A DNA stretch of 63,501 bases, filler included, from Neoconidiobolus thromboides FSU 785 (Eukaryota; Fungi; Entomophthoromycota): the NCBI GenBank assembly GCA_025603075.1. It is 7 parts of 7 records of this genome, joined end to end, with 100 filler letters (N's around TTAATTAATTAA, not from the genome) between each part and the next. Parts side by side here need not be neighbours in the genome. Positions count along the whole stretch, not along the records: positions 51,146 to 54,697 come from MU626814.1; positions 54,798 to 58,126 come from MU626822.1; positions 58,227 to 59,904 come from MU626934.1; positions 60,005 to 61,549 come from MU626947.1; positions 61,650 to 63,501 come from MU626901.1; 2 more parts are not named here. One strand, given 5' to 3'. Shown here one piece after another: positions 53,028 to 63,501 of this stretch (position 1 is the first letter of the stretch; each line of letters starts with the position of its first letter). The notes beneath the pieces were generated by a model, which worked only from the letters and a program-made list of their open reading frames with translations, searched no databases and had not been told where the DNA came from. A program made the position numbers and the translations under genes.

Positions 53028-53133
53028 ATATGGGAGTGTTTTTTCTGACTTCATTATTTTTTCCATTTTTTAAACGCTATTTAGTGGAAAATTTGTTAGT
53101 AAAATTCTTAAACATAAAAATACATCCCCATAT
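53028..53133 (-). mobile_element. MITE family A copy
   Basis: ATAT-GGGAGTGTTTTTTC...AAAAATACATCCCC-ATAT. Confidence 0.88.
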
Positions 53134-53310
53134 TTTACAATGTTTACTGATTTAGGTATTTATTGACGGTTACTAAAATAATAATAATAATAATAATAGA
53201 TTACATTATATCAGACCAAATGCTTTAAAAATTTACTTATCGATCTTTCATAATCAACCAAAAAAATTTATAGTATATGAAATTATCAATAAAACAGAAT
53301 AATCATTAGA

Positions 53311-53414
53311 ATATGGGGATGCATTTTTATGTTTAAGAATTTTACCAATAAATTTTCCACTTAAATGGCGTTTAAAAAATGGAAAAAATAAAGTCAAAAA
53401 AAACACTCCCATAT
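53311..53414 (+). mobile_element. MITE family A copy
   Basis: ATAT-GGGGATGCATTTTT...AAAAAAAACACTCCC-ATAT. Confidence 0.88.
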
Positions 53415-53740
53415 AATTTTAAATTTTAATCACAATTTATTATTTTGAATGCAATACTTAAGTTATTCAGCTAATGTTTTAAACATTTAATTTAAAAAAT
53501 TTTAGATTTGAAAGTCATTAATTAATACAAACTATCATTTTGTTTTGTTTTTATCAGTATTATAAGGCTTTGTACTTTTCTTTACTTTTGAAAGCTTTTT
53601 TAATTTTTTATAGTTGCAACAAATTTTAATACTGTCAAAGATAACTTTTCAATTTATTTCTTTATTTTTTGTTATACTTATAATTGCCTTAAAATAAAAG
53701 ATTATAAAATTAATTAAGTTAATTGTAATATAATAAATAA

Positions 53741-53842
53741 TAATGAGTGTTTTTTTGACTTCATTACTTTTTTCATTTTTTAAGCGCTATTCAAGCGGAA
53801 AATTTGCTAGTAAAACTCTTAAACACAGAAATACATCCTCAC
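53741..53842 (-). mobile_element. MITE family A copy
   Basis: gagtgtttttttgacttcattac...aagcgctattcaagcggaaaatttgctagtaaaac...atacatcctc. Confidence 0.8.
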
Positions 53843-54609
53843 TATTGGTTTTATTATTTTATTTTATAAACAATATTAAATTTTATTTTCATACTTAGTT
53901 TAATAAATTCTATAATGTATGGATAATTTAAGTGATAGGAAAAATAAACATCAATTAAAATCATATAATTAAAACTAAGCAATTAAAACAATTATCTAAT
54001 AAGTGCATTATGTAATAGTCAGCTTCTTAGATTACAATTAATAAGTATGAAATTAAGGTTTTAAAAAGATAAACTCGATGTAATTTAAATTTACAATAAA
54101 AACTAAAAAGAGTGAGTAAATCTTTTAACTTGTCTTCTTAAACTTACTAAAATAAGAGAAGCAAAGGCAGAGTATGTTTGTTACTTAGTAATGGATTTTA
54201 ATAAATAAACTATAAAAACATATTTACTATAAAATGCATTATAACATTTTAGCTAAACTACGAATACATTCACAAACACAATAAATTGCTAAATAAAATG
54301 CAACTACTTAAATGAGAATTTGAAAATAAAAGGTGCTACTAAATTTAAAATGCTTTTAAAATTTACCTTTTTCGGATAAATTTCGATGCCACTACTTGGT
54401 TCATGACTTGGATTTCTGGCTATATAATGCAAATGATCAGATTATTTTATCCATAGTTATTTATAAAAGTCGTGGAAACTCAACAACTTAATCAAAAATA
54501 TTTAAAGTAGCCTATTTTATATATAGCAGAATAGTTCCATATTATTGAATAAAACATATATAAACCAGTACAAAAATAATGTACAGCTTTAATTATTATC
54601 AGAATAATT

Positions 54610-54854
54610 ATGAAACCCTCACTTTTAATTTCTCTTTGTATCAGTGCCGTTCTTTGCTCGTAAGTTTACTTCAATCCTTTTATTAATAAAAAGCTCANNN
54701 NNNNNNNNNNNNNNNNNNNNNNNNNNNNNNNNNNNNNNNNNTTAATTAATTAANNNNNNNNNNNNNNNNNNNNNNNNNNNNNNNNNNNNNNNNNNNNATT
54801 ATCAATACAAGTAATGAGGCTGCAACAAGTGAAATCTTTGTTAACACTGGATAA
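54610..54854 (+). CDS. Secreted protein (copy 2): signal-peptide exon, gap, and probable C-terminus
   Basis: 54610-54659 encodes MKPSLLISLCISAVLCS before a GTAAGT donor. After the gap, 54798-54854 reads IINTSNEAATSEIFVNTG*. Linking the two pieces is inferred. Confidence 0.65.
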
Positions 54855-55262
54855 ATCTCTTTTCTTGTTACACTATGTATATACTCAACTGTGCCCATAC
54901 TGTTGAATAAAATAAAATAAAATTAATCTTATTTTTTTGCTTATATACTTTATAAAATGCATTGTTTACCAACCTCTAATTTATGTTTGTTTGTCTATTT
55001 GGTTGGGTTTTACTAATACAGGTTATTCAATGTTCGAGTTACCTTACTTGATAAAAACAGGTTTTCCTTAGATAATAATGTATCACACAGTATTCTACTT
55101 TCCCATAAATTGCCATTAAAAGATATATTTTAGGCATTCAAGCAATTCAATAAAGTGTTTGTTTAGAATCAAGTGATTTTATACTTTCAATTGGGTTTAT
55201 GCATAAGTGGTTGGTGGGATGTTATACTTATTTATAAAAGGAGCTATAATTAAATTTTCCAA

Positions 55263-55375
55263 ACGGGGGGCGTATTTTTTCGTTACATCATTTTTTACAT
55301 TTTTTAAATGCTACCAAATAGAAAAAATGTTGGTAAATTTCTTAAACAAAAAAACATTTGAAGATGTTTTCTTGA
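55263..55375 (-). mobile_element. MITE family A degenerate copy
   Basis: ggggggcgtattttttcgttacatcatttttt...ggtaaatttcttaaacaaaaaaacat. Confidence 0.6.
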
Positions 55376-55662
55376 TATCACTTTTATTTTATTTCAACCA
55401 GAAATTTCATCAAATTAAGTAATTTTGTCCAATTAATTTTCTTTTAGGAAAATGAGAACTATACCCTTATTTTTATCTAAATACAAGATTTAAACCTATA
55501 TTTGATACGCTTGAGAAGTATTGATATTATTTCCCAAATTCAATGAAGTATTAAAATAATTGAAATTCATAATCTCATACAGTAATTTTGGGTTCCGTCT
55601 TTACGGCCAAATACACATTATTTCAGAATAATACGTATTTGAAGCTTTTTTTGATTTTAATA

Positions 55663-55755
55663 TTTAGGGATGTATTAAGAATTTTATTAACGGCTTCTTC
55701 ACCTAGTGCTTAAAAAACGGAAAAAGCGATCAAACTAAAAAAAACACCACTATAT
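55663..55755 (+). mobile_element. MITE family A copy with internal deletions
   Basis: gggatgtattaagaattttattaac...tagtgcttaaaaaacggaaaaag...aaaaaaacaccactatat. Confidence 0.65.
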
Positions 55756-56175
55756 ATTTAATATTAAATTTATTGTTTTGAATCATTTTATTACACCAAC
55801 TTATTATTTATATTTTTGAATAAATTTCTATAGCTCTAAATAACATAGATGTATCAAGTAATATAGACATAATTGCAAATAATTTTGTAAACAAAAGAAG
55901 ATGTCCCTACATGAAAATGATCAAAGAAGCAGCGTAAGTCCCAAATATAAATATGATAAACGATTGACTACTAGATGACAATTATAAACTTTTAGTAAAT
56001 TTATATTAATTGGTGTTTGGTTTTCAGTCACGCTATCAAAATCTTTACTATGATATATTCAGTTGTATTCAATTTAAAGATATCATCACGGTCTATTCAA
56101 AGTCAATACATTATCTTTAAAAAAAGCTAGAAAGTATTACTTAATTTAATTTATTGAACTGTGATCCATTAATCT

Positions 56176-57218
56176 CTACTTTTCTATAACTCTAGAATAT
56201 ATTACTTTGAGTGCATGGTGAATGGTTGGATCACAGAAAAACGCAATAAAATTAAGAGTTCCCAACAATCCACCTACGGCATGCGATATAACCTCTAATT
56301 CGTGAGAATCAATATCGGTAAAATAAATTACTATTTGATTTATTACTAATCCAATGTGGGAAATGATCATAATAGTAGGATATAATATGCTAAGAGCTCA
56401 CATTAATATGATAACATATATTTATAAAATACCTTACATTCTTGAAGTAAGCAACTTTATACTCCTGATACCTCTGGTTGATCTATTGGCATCTATAGCT
56501 ATTTTCCTCTCTTTTTTAAAATTTAGCCCTTTAAGCAGCTTCATAACGACGAACACCACAACTAATAATAAATAAGCCATACAAATCATTATAACAAAAG
56601 CATTTGTGAAAAAATCAAACATTTTAGCATAATTTTCATTATTGATCGTAACAAAACATTTTTTGTAGCTACCATATCCAAAAAATCCTGTTGCTAAATA
56701 ATATCGTATTAATCTAAAGTTGGGATTAAATTAAGCTAAAGTAATACCAAGCGGTGGAAGCGTAATTAATAAAGTGAGTAAAAGAGTACCAATCCAATAC
56801 CCAAGTTCAATTTTTTTCGTTATAGTAACACCATGCAAAAAAATTAGTTGAAAATTAATCCCAATAGCGGCGTTAAGGAAGCTATAATACAAAGGAAAGA
56901 ATGATAGCTGAAAACCTATGAATGTGCATAATGGAGATCCTCTATAATTATATAGATCCAACCATAACGGTAAAGAATGGAACCAAATATCATATATTAT
57001 GACACCAGTTTGCAACCTGAGAGTTACTCTATCGACTAGCTTATAATCATATATTGCTATTTTTATATTGAAATATTATATTAATTAATAGATAGTTTAT
57101 AAAACTTACTTAATGTAACCATAGTAAGCATAACTACGACAGCCAATACTAAAGATACTTTTGACATTACTGGGAAAACTTCTTTAGCTATATATTTTGC
57201 ATATTCAGTTACACTCAT
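56176..57218 (-). CDS. 7TM receptor of the cAMP-receptor/Git3-like type, 4 exons
   Basis: Splicing joins three ORF-track pieces plus a first exon (57218-57110, MSVTEYAKYIAKEVFPVMSKV...). TM3 Cys (SPLCTFIG), ECL2 Cys (YKKCF), TM6 RIILYPTIMIISH, TM7 LGTLNFIAFFCDP. Confidence 0.75.
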
Positions 57219-57454
57219 ATTAATTAAAAAATTCTTTTGAGATAATATTGATTCTATTTATATACTTATATCTGCATTTTTTATCCTTCAGTTTTTTTAG
57301 TAATAAACACAAAAATAGCAATATTTATTTAATAAACCATATTCAATTTTTATCATTTTTGTTCCAACTAGCTCAGTTGATAATAACCAGTTTATCATTT
57401 TAAGATTTTGGATCACATTTTAACTATAATTTTATTTATTAGAGTTGTAAAGAA

Positions 57455-57557
57455 GATAGGGATGTTTTTTTTTCATTACTTTTTTCATCTTTTAAGTACT
57501 ACTTGAATGAAAAATTGTTGGTAAAATTCTTAAATACAGAAATCCATCTTCAAATAT
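57455..57557 (-). mobile_element. MITE family A copy between the two divergent GPCR paralogs
   Basis: agggatgttttttttcattactttttc...aaaaattgttggtaaaattcttaaatacagaaatccatc. Confidence 0.72.
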
Positions 57558-57845
57558 TGTTATTGGTCGTCTAGTTTGAATGCAGATTGGGCATTTTCAA
57601 TTTTTTGCTGAGCACAAAAATAGAAATTGTTATGATTGAATTTAGTCAATGCTAAAAAGTGTTCAACTACATTTGATTTATTTTTATGATACCATTAAGT
57701 TTTTTAAATATAACATGAATGTTAATATAATCGTTTAAACAGGATTTAAAAAAATTGAATTGGAAAACAAGTATATAAAGGACATAATGAAACAAATCGA
57801 AACTATATATATAAAGTAGTCTTAAGATTCAATTTGGCTTAAAAC

Positions 57846-58126
57846 ATGAATAAGGATCTCATTTCAGGATATATCAGAGAAGTATACTCAGTAATATTGA
57901 AAATTTCAATTACTTTTGCTTCAATAGTGGCACTGGCAATGATAGTTTTATGCGATCTACAACACCATTTAACTTAAAATAGGTTTAGAAGAAATAGTGA
58001 TATACGATTTTGAATTAGCCAATGGGGTGATTCTTAGGTTACAAACTGCTATTTCATGCTATGATATCTGGTTACATTCTGTCCCACTTTGGGCTCGCGT
58101 ATATGCTACTCCCGAATCAACATTAT
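57846..58126 (+). CDS. Paralog of the 56176-57218 GPCR, 5' part, runs into gap
   Basis: MNKDLISGYIREVYSVILKISI... then IYDFELANGVILRLQTAISCYDIWLHSVPLW, versus IYDYKLVDRVTLRLQTGVIIYDIWFHSLPLW in the paralog. The join needs a GC donor at 57952. Confidence 0.7.
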
Positions 58127-58560
58127 NNNNNNNNNNNNNNNNNNNNNNNNNNNNNNNNNNNNNNNNNNNNTTAATTAATTAANNNNNNNNNNNNNNNNNN
58201 NNNNNNNNNNNNNNNNNNNNNNNNNNAAGGAATAGATTTAACCATTTTGTGAATTAGAGTGATATTAATAATTTTTATAAATTAAGAGATAGATAGAATT
58301 GATTTTTGATACTAAATGTTGATGTTATTTTTTGAGTTTATATATTCATTTTTTAAGGCTTTTAGTTTTATCTTTTAATAAGGGTCTGTTTTATAATATT
58401 ATAAATAACCTTCATTCAACTGTGTGTTAGGTGTAGTAAGTAGCTTTTTCTTCCTTGTTATATGTCTTTTTAGATTATTTTCTCCCGCTTTCCTTAGTTT
58501 TAAATTTCCCCTAATTTTCAATTGATTACCTTAAATCTAGTACTCAGCTTTAATATACAC

Positions 58561-58719
58561 CTGTTGTGGCTCTTTTGTGATCTAGTTAACACTCATTTAA
58601 GAGGAATTTCTATTCAAATTCAATCAAAAATATTTGTATCATGCTTCAAAAAAACTGACTATATAAATAGCCTAACTATAAAAATCCCCACTAAATAAAT
58701 CACAAAAGAGCTACAACAG
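58561..58719. repeat. 159-bp element with 21-bp inverted ends (possible second MITE type)
   Basis: CTGTTGTGGCTCTTTTGTGAT ... ATCACAAAAGAGCTACAACAG (1 mismatch). No TSD seen, and only one copy here. Confidence 0.5.
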
Positions 58720-59838
58720 CTTAATTAAACTAGTCTAGCCTTTATAAGCGCTAATTTTTTAACCATGTTATGTTAAACATTTAAGTTAAAATAGTTAATT
58801 AGGCTGGGTGCATTCGTGTAACTTTTAAAATTTTTTAAACATTTAAACCTTATTTTTCAATATAGTAAAATTATTAATTTACCTTCATTGTACATGATGT
58901 CGTCAATTATTGTTTATTTCTTAATACTATTTTTTAAATTTGTAGTTTAAGGATCTTTTTGATTTTATTTTGGTATGACATGAATGTGAATAGTTAGTTA
59001 TCTAGAGAGAGACTGAGATGAATGTATATAGTTATTCAATAAACATCAGAATATTGCTTTATATTTCACTTTTTATCTCATAATCTAGCACAGAAATAAA
59101 AAATATATCCTCAAATACTCAAATAGATAAGGGGATTCCTATATTTTCTAACTCTTAGAGGCTTATAAGTCTGTTTTTATTTACTATAATAAAGGAGTAT
59201 TCTAAAAATAATTCAATAAAGTTAAATGTAAGACAGCTAAATAGTATTGACAGCCAGGATTAGATTCATAATTTTAGCTGTTTAACAATTAGATATCCTT
59301 TATGGAATCTAGGCACGGACTTTTAATCAAATGAGGTTCCTTTGTGAGAGTGCAGAGATGATATTGTAACTATTAGGGTGAGGAAAAAATGGAATTGAGG
59401 TAAACAGACTGAAAATTTCTTAAGTTCTAGTAGTAATAGAAGGGGCTTATAATAACTCTAGAAGTTGAATTAGCAAGAAAATAGCTCATGAAGTCGGAAA
59501 TGAAACTTGAGAGAACAGTTTAAGCTGAATTAAATTAAACCAGTTTCCGTAGACTATGGGCAAACAGTACATTAAATGAACCTGTGGAACTTATTACTAT
59601 TAATTTTACGTAAACTCAATTAATAAACTCACTGATAACTTTCAGACTTAAAGTCATTTATTTCCAACATGTATAATGGAAGTATAGCTTTAAAATTAGA
59701 AATTAGTAGCATTCAGTTTATTGTTTAGTTTATTACTGTTTACTATTATCCGAAATATAATTTCTCTGTAAAACTATAAAATACTTTAACGCATGAAAAA
59801 AAGAATGACTTAAATTAGATAATATTTTTATTAATAAA

Positions 59839-59904
59839 TTAATGGTATGGGGTAGCGTTGTCATAGCCATTGAAGTTAGTACCTGCACCAATGACACCAA
59901 GTCC
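59839..59904 (-). CDS. Possible C-terminal fragment of a gene lying in the gap
   Basis: GC-richer open frame from the contig edge: GLGVIGAGTNFNGYDNATPYH*. Confidence 0.4.
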   Translation of the reverse strand, partial: GLGVIGAGTNFNGYDNATPYH

Positions 59905-60142
59905 NNNNNNNNNNNNNNNNNNNNNNNNNNNNNNNNNNNNNNNNNNNNTTAATTAATTAANNNNNNNNNNNNNNNNNNNNNNNNNNNNNNNNNNNNNNNN
60001 NNNNCTATTGTAGTGAAATTTTCAAAAATTCGATTTCGAAGTTTAGTTATGAAAGTTTGCATTTATTTTTATTTCAACAGAAAACAAAGCCGAATAACTC
60101 TATTTACATAATTATTAAATTTTGACAGAAATAACATAAAAC

Positions 60143-60246
60143 ATATGGGGCTGTTTTTTTTAGTTTCATTATTTTTCCATTTTTTAAGCGCTATTTGTTA
60201 GTAAAATTTGTTAGTAAAATTCTTACACAAAAATACATCCTCATAT
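60143..60246 (-). mobile_element. MITE family A copy with an internal duplication of tttgttagtaaaa
   Basis: ATAT-GGGGCTGTTTTTTT...AAAAATACATCCTC-ATAT. Confidence 0.85.
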
Positions 60247-60921
60247 AATTGGAAAAATCAGCTATCTAAGAAAAGGAAATAATTAAAACAAGTTTTAAAT
60301 AGAGACATTTAATTTTAGGCTTTTTAGATTTAACCGTTATATTGGACACAAACTTAAAATTTAAAATTTTGATTAATTTCTAAGCAAATTCTAAAATTAA
60401 TTCGGACAACTCTAGTTATTTAAATAAATTAACAGTGAGTAATTTAATCTTTAATTAACTTAGAAGTGTTATATTTACTATAGGTGTATTTAATTAAGAT
60501 CAAAGCTACATGTTTAATTTTATATGTATTAATTTTATATGTATTAATTTTATTCTTATTCTTAAAGAAGCATTATTTTAAAAAAATCTAAAGTTAAAGT
60601 TAAAGTTAGATACTGACGCAGAAAATAATACTAGATATTGATTTATCATAATAATATAGCTAAAGTTGATTTTAAAACACAATAACAAATAAAATTAATA
60701 GAAATGAAATAAAGTAAATTTATAATATAAAAATAATATTAAAAAATTAACAAATTTGATTTTTTTTATCAAAACAAAATCTTATAACATTTATTAGTTA
60801 TTACTTTTATTAGTAGCTGAATATTGATAGTTTTATAATAATAAATTTTTTATAAGATTTTTGATTGATATCAAAAATTGTAATAAAAAACTAATACAGA
60901 GTTTGTATAACTGGTAAATTA

Positions 60922-61027
60922 ATATGGGGATGTTTTTTTTGCTTCATTACTTTTTCCATCTTTTGAGCGCTATTTACGTGGAAAAATTATTAGTAAAATT
61001 ATTAAATACAAAAATACATCCCCATAT
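60922..61027 (-). mobile_element. MITE family A copy
   Basis: ATAT-GGGGATGTTTTTTTTGC...AAAAATACATCCCC-ATAT. Confidence 0.88.
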
Positions 61028-61282
61028 AATAATTATAAAGTTTATTATGATATTTAAAACATTTAACATTTAAACCAAAAAACTAAAAAATAGTTGTTTC
61101 ATATCTTAAAGGTAACTTTTAGTTTTCTGTAGTTTAGTTGAGGTTAAAGTTAAACGCAGGATTGATGAATGATTTTTTTAATAGTAAGTGTAATATGCCT
61201 GGCCCAAAATTATTAAACTATATTTATTATAAAATCATTAAAGTTATGTTTTTTACATAATATAAAAAGCCTATCATTATTA

Positions 61283-61375
61283 AAAATACTTCTATTACTT
61301 TTTGCATCTTTTAAGCACTATTTGAATGGAAAAATTGTTAGTAAAATTCTTAAACATAAAAATACATCACCATAT
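61283..61375 (-). mobile_element. MITE family A copy, one end degenerate
   Basis: ttactttttgcatcttttaagcactatttgaatggaaaaattgttagtaaaattcttaaacataaaaatacatcaccatat. Confidence 0.72.
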
Positions 61376-61483
61376 CAAAAAAGTGATAGATATTCAAAAA
61401 TTCAATTGAAATATAAAGTTACAACACCTATTAGGCATTGGATTTGTAATAAATATTGGGGTTATCTCACGAGTATAGATTGA

Positions 61484-61549
61484 TTAGGGATAGGGATAGG
61501 GATAGGGATAGGGATAGGGATAGGGATAGGGATAGGGATAGGGATAGGG
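61484..61549 (+). repeat. TTAGGG(ATAGGG)10 telomere-like, G-quadruplex-capable tandem repeat ending at a gap
   Basis: One TTAGGG at 61484, then ten perfect ATAGGG units up to the contig end. Confidence 0.9.
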
Positions 61550-61649
61550 NNNNNNNNNNNNNNNNNNNNNNNNNNNNNNNNNNNNNNNNNNNNTTAATTA
61601 ATTAANNNNNNNNNNNNNNNNNNNNNNNNNNNNNNNNNNNNNNNNNNNN

Positions 61650-62017
61650 CAGCACAAACAACTATTCATGAACATCAACTTTTGACTATTTCTTATCAAT
61701 TGAGTATAATGGGATATCCCTTTTTCAAAATAAGCTATAAATTTCGCTTCTACATTTATATGTTTCTCCCTTTGTAATTGACATTCAATAGGTCTGTTTT
61801 TTAATTCTATTAATCTCTTTTTTGTAACCAAACATTCCTTTGACCATCTAAGATAACTCTTTATTAAACCACTAAACCCATTAGTTGGATAGGCTAATAT
61901 GATACTGTTTATGCTGGAAAAAAATTCTGCCAGCTCCTTTTCAATTTTTTCTATCCTTTCAACAGCTTTGAGTCTAAAAGACTCTTGAATTCTTTTCGAC
62001 TTTTCATTTTGTTCCAT
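61650..62017 (-). CDS. Hypothetical helical protein, 5' part, runs into gap
   Basis: At least 122 open codons from ATG 62017, charged and amphipathic. No family recognised. Confidence 0.5.
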
Positions 62018-62415
62018 GGAATGTAAACTTTTACAATGTTAAAGGCGTTTTTTATATATTTAATAAATTATCATTTAAGAATCGAGTTAGTTTTAAACTC
62101 ATGGTTTATTTTTATCTAGCTTTATAAATATGAATCAATGATAGCATTATTTGAATTGGAATTTATGTCAATTAAAATATTAAATAGTTTTGATCATAAA
62201 TAAAGATCTTTGATCAAAAATGAAAATTATTTAAAACAAGTACTAGTCAAATATTTGTTTTTTATCATTTTAGTACTTATTAGTTCTATGATATATAAAT
62301 TACTTTTTTCATCTACTAATGTATCTAATCTTCAAAAATTGATGAATTTCTATAAAGTAAGATAGATAAACATACTTTTTTTATTTGTAGCTTTGTATTG
62401 TATATTTAATAAACT

Positions 62416-62522
62416 TATGGTGATATTTTTTTTGACTTCACTACTTTTTCTATCTTTTAAGTGCTATTTGAGTGGAAAAATTATTAGCAAAATTCTTAAA
62501 CACAAATACATCCCCCTTATAT
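62416..62522 (-). mobile_element. MITE family A copy
   Basis: ggtgatattttttttgacttcac...aagtgctatttgagtggaaaaattattagcaaaattcttaaacacaaatacatccccc. Confidence 0.8.
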
Positions 62523-62841
62523 TAAAAAATAATATTTTGATATAAAATACAAATTTTTTTTTTACTATGATAGCTTTTTTAAGAGATTTACTATTCTTAG
62601 TTTAATAAACTTATTTTATCTTTTTATGGTTATTTTTTTATTGTTTTTTTTACATAATTTGCTAATTATATAAATTGCCTTTTTATTATTTTACATAACC
62701 TACTTTTACTACATACTATCTTTTATTGATAAGTTTGTTTTAATTACCAAAATCAAGATTTCTTAACTTATTATAAACAGTTAATTACAAAGCTTTTACT
62801 TTTTTCTCAGGCACTAAATCCCACATTAGATAATAGACTTG

Positions 62842-62938
62842 ATATGGGGATGTATTTTCTTATTTCACTAATAATCTTTTGGTTCAAATAGTACTTAAAA
62901 ATTGAAAGGAGATGAAATCAAAAGAAACATTCTCATGT
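62842..62938 (+). mobile_element. MITE family A degenerate copy
   Basis: ATAT-GGGGATGTATTTTC...ttcaaatagtacttaaaaattgaaaggagatgaaatcaaaagaaacattctc. Confidence 0.68.
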
Positions 62939-63501
62939 ATTTTGAAATAAAAGATGTCAAGTACTTAAAAAATTTCCAGCTTGTGATTATTATTTAAGAA
63001 ATTATAAGGTTATCAAAACATGATTTTTACGCCTGTATTTTAGTTATAACATAGCTTTTTCATTTTTATAATCATTTGGGTATATTTGTTTACTTTACAT
63101 ATAGCAATAATAATTAAAAGAATACTTTTAAATTCAAGATGTTTGCAAAGATTGATAGAATATTTAATATTTAAAAGATTACTACAATATTTAAATTTAA
63201 ATAGTAAGTTGATAATTTCATTTGCTTTTGTTTACAAAGTAGTGATACAAATATCTTTATTCAAAATTAAATAGTGGCCATTTTAGTTTCTAAAATAAAA
63301 GGTAAAAAAACTATAGTAAATAATAGCTATACTATAACACTATAGAATATTTTCCCAGAAAATGAAAGTTATGTAAACTTTCTTCTATGATCTCAATTGT
63401 ATACTTACTATCTTCAAAATAATGAGTTCTGTCTCTATCCCTCTTAATCCAATAAACTAATTGTTGAACTTTGTTATAAATTAATTCATTCTGAGACTCT
63501 G

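Overview
Very AT-rich eukaryotic scaffold with short GT-AG introns and six 100-nt gaps that each carry the artificial TTAATTAATTAA spacer. The gene content points to an early-diverging fungus, probably Conidiobolus-like (inference). Recognisable genes: two aldo-keto reductase paralogs cut by contig ends, a secreted GH47 alpha-1,2-mannosidase, a complete 6-exon Tra1/TRRAP (about 3763 aa), Arg2-type N-acetylglutamate synthase, a DUF1640/Fmp32 protein, a Dpb3/CHRAC histone-fold gene head-to-head with Nse1, a class A-like 7TM receptor, a GPI-type Ser/Thr/Pro-rich protein, enolase, an SDR with a pseudogenised copy, a Fungal_trans-like ORF, an AidB/ACAD11-like acyl-CoA dehydrogenase ending in SRI, and a divergent pair of cAMP-receptor-like GPCRs. 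The non-coding DNA is dominated by about 42 copies of one ~105-bp MITE-like element (ATAT-GGGG...CCCC-ATAT). Four copies sit 230-245 bp after a stop codon, while most promoters have none within about 1 kb. Other notable items: three solo-LTR-like units (two as a near-identical inverted pair), a duplicated secreted-protein gene hidden in assembly gaps and missed by the ORF track, three outward-facing paralog pairs, and a telomere-like TTAGGG(ATAGGG)10 tract running into a gap. Coordinates were read by eye, so repeat ends may be off by a few bases.
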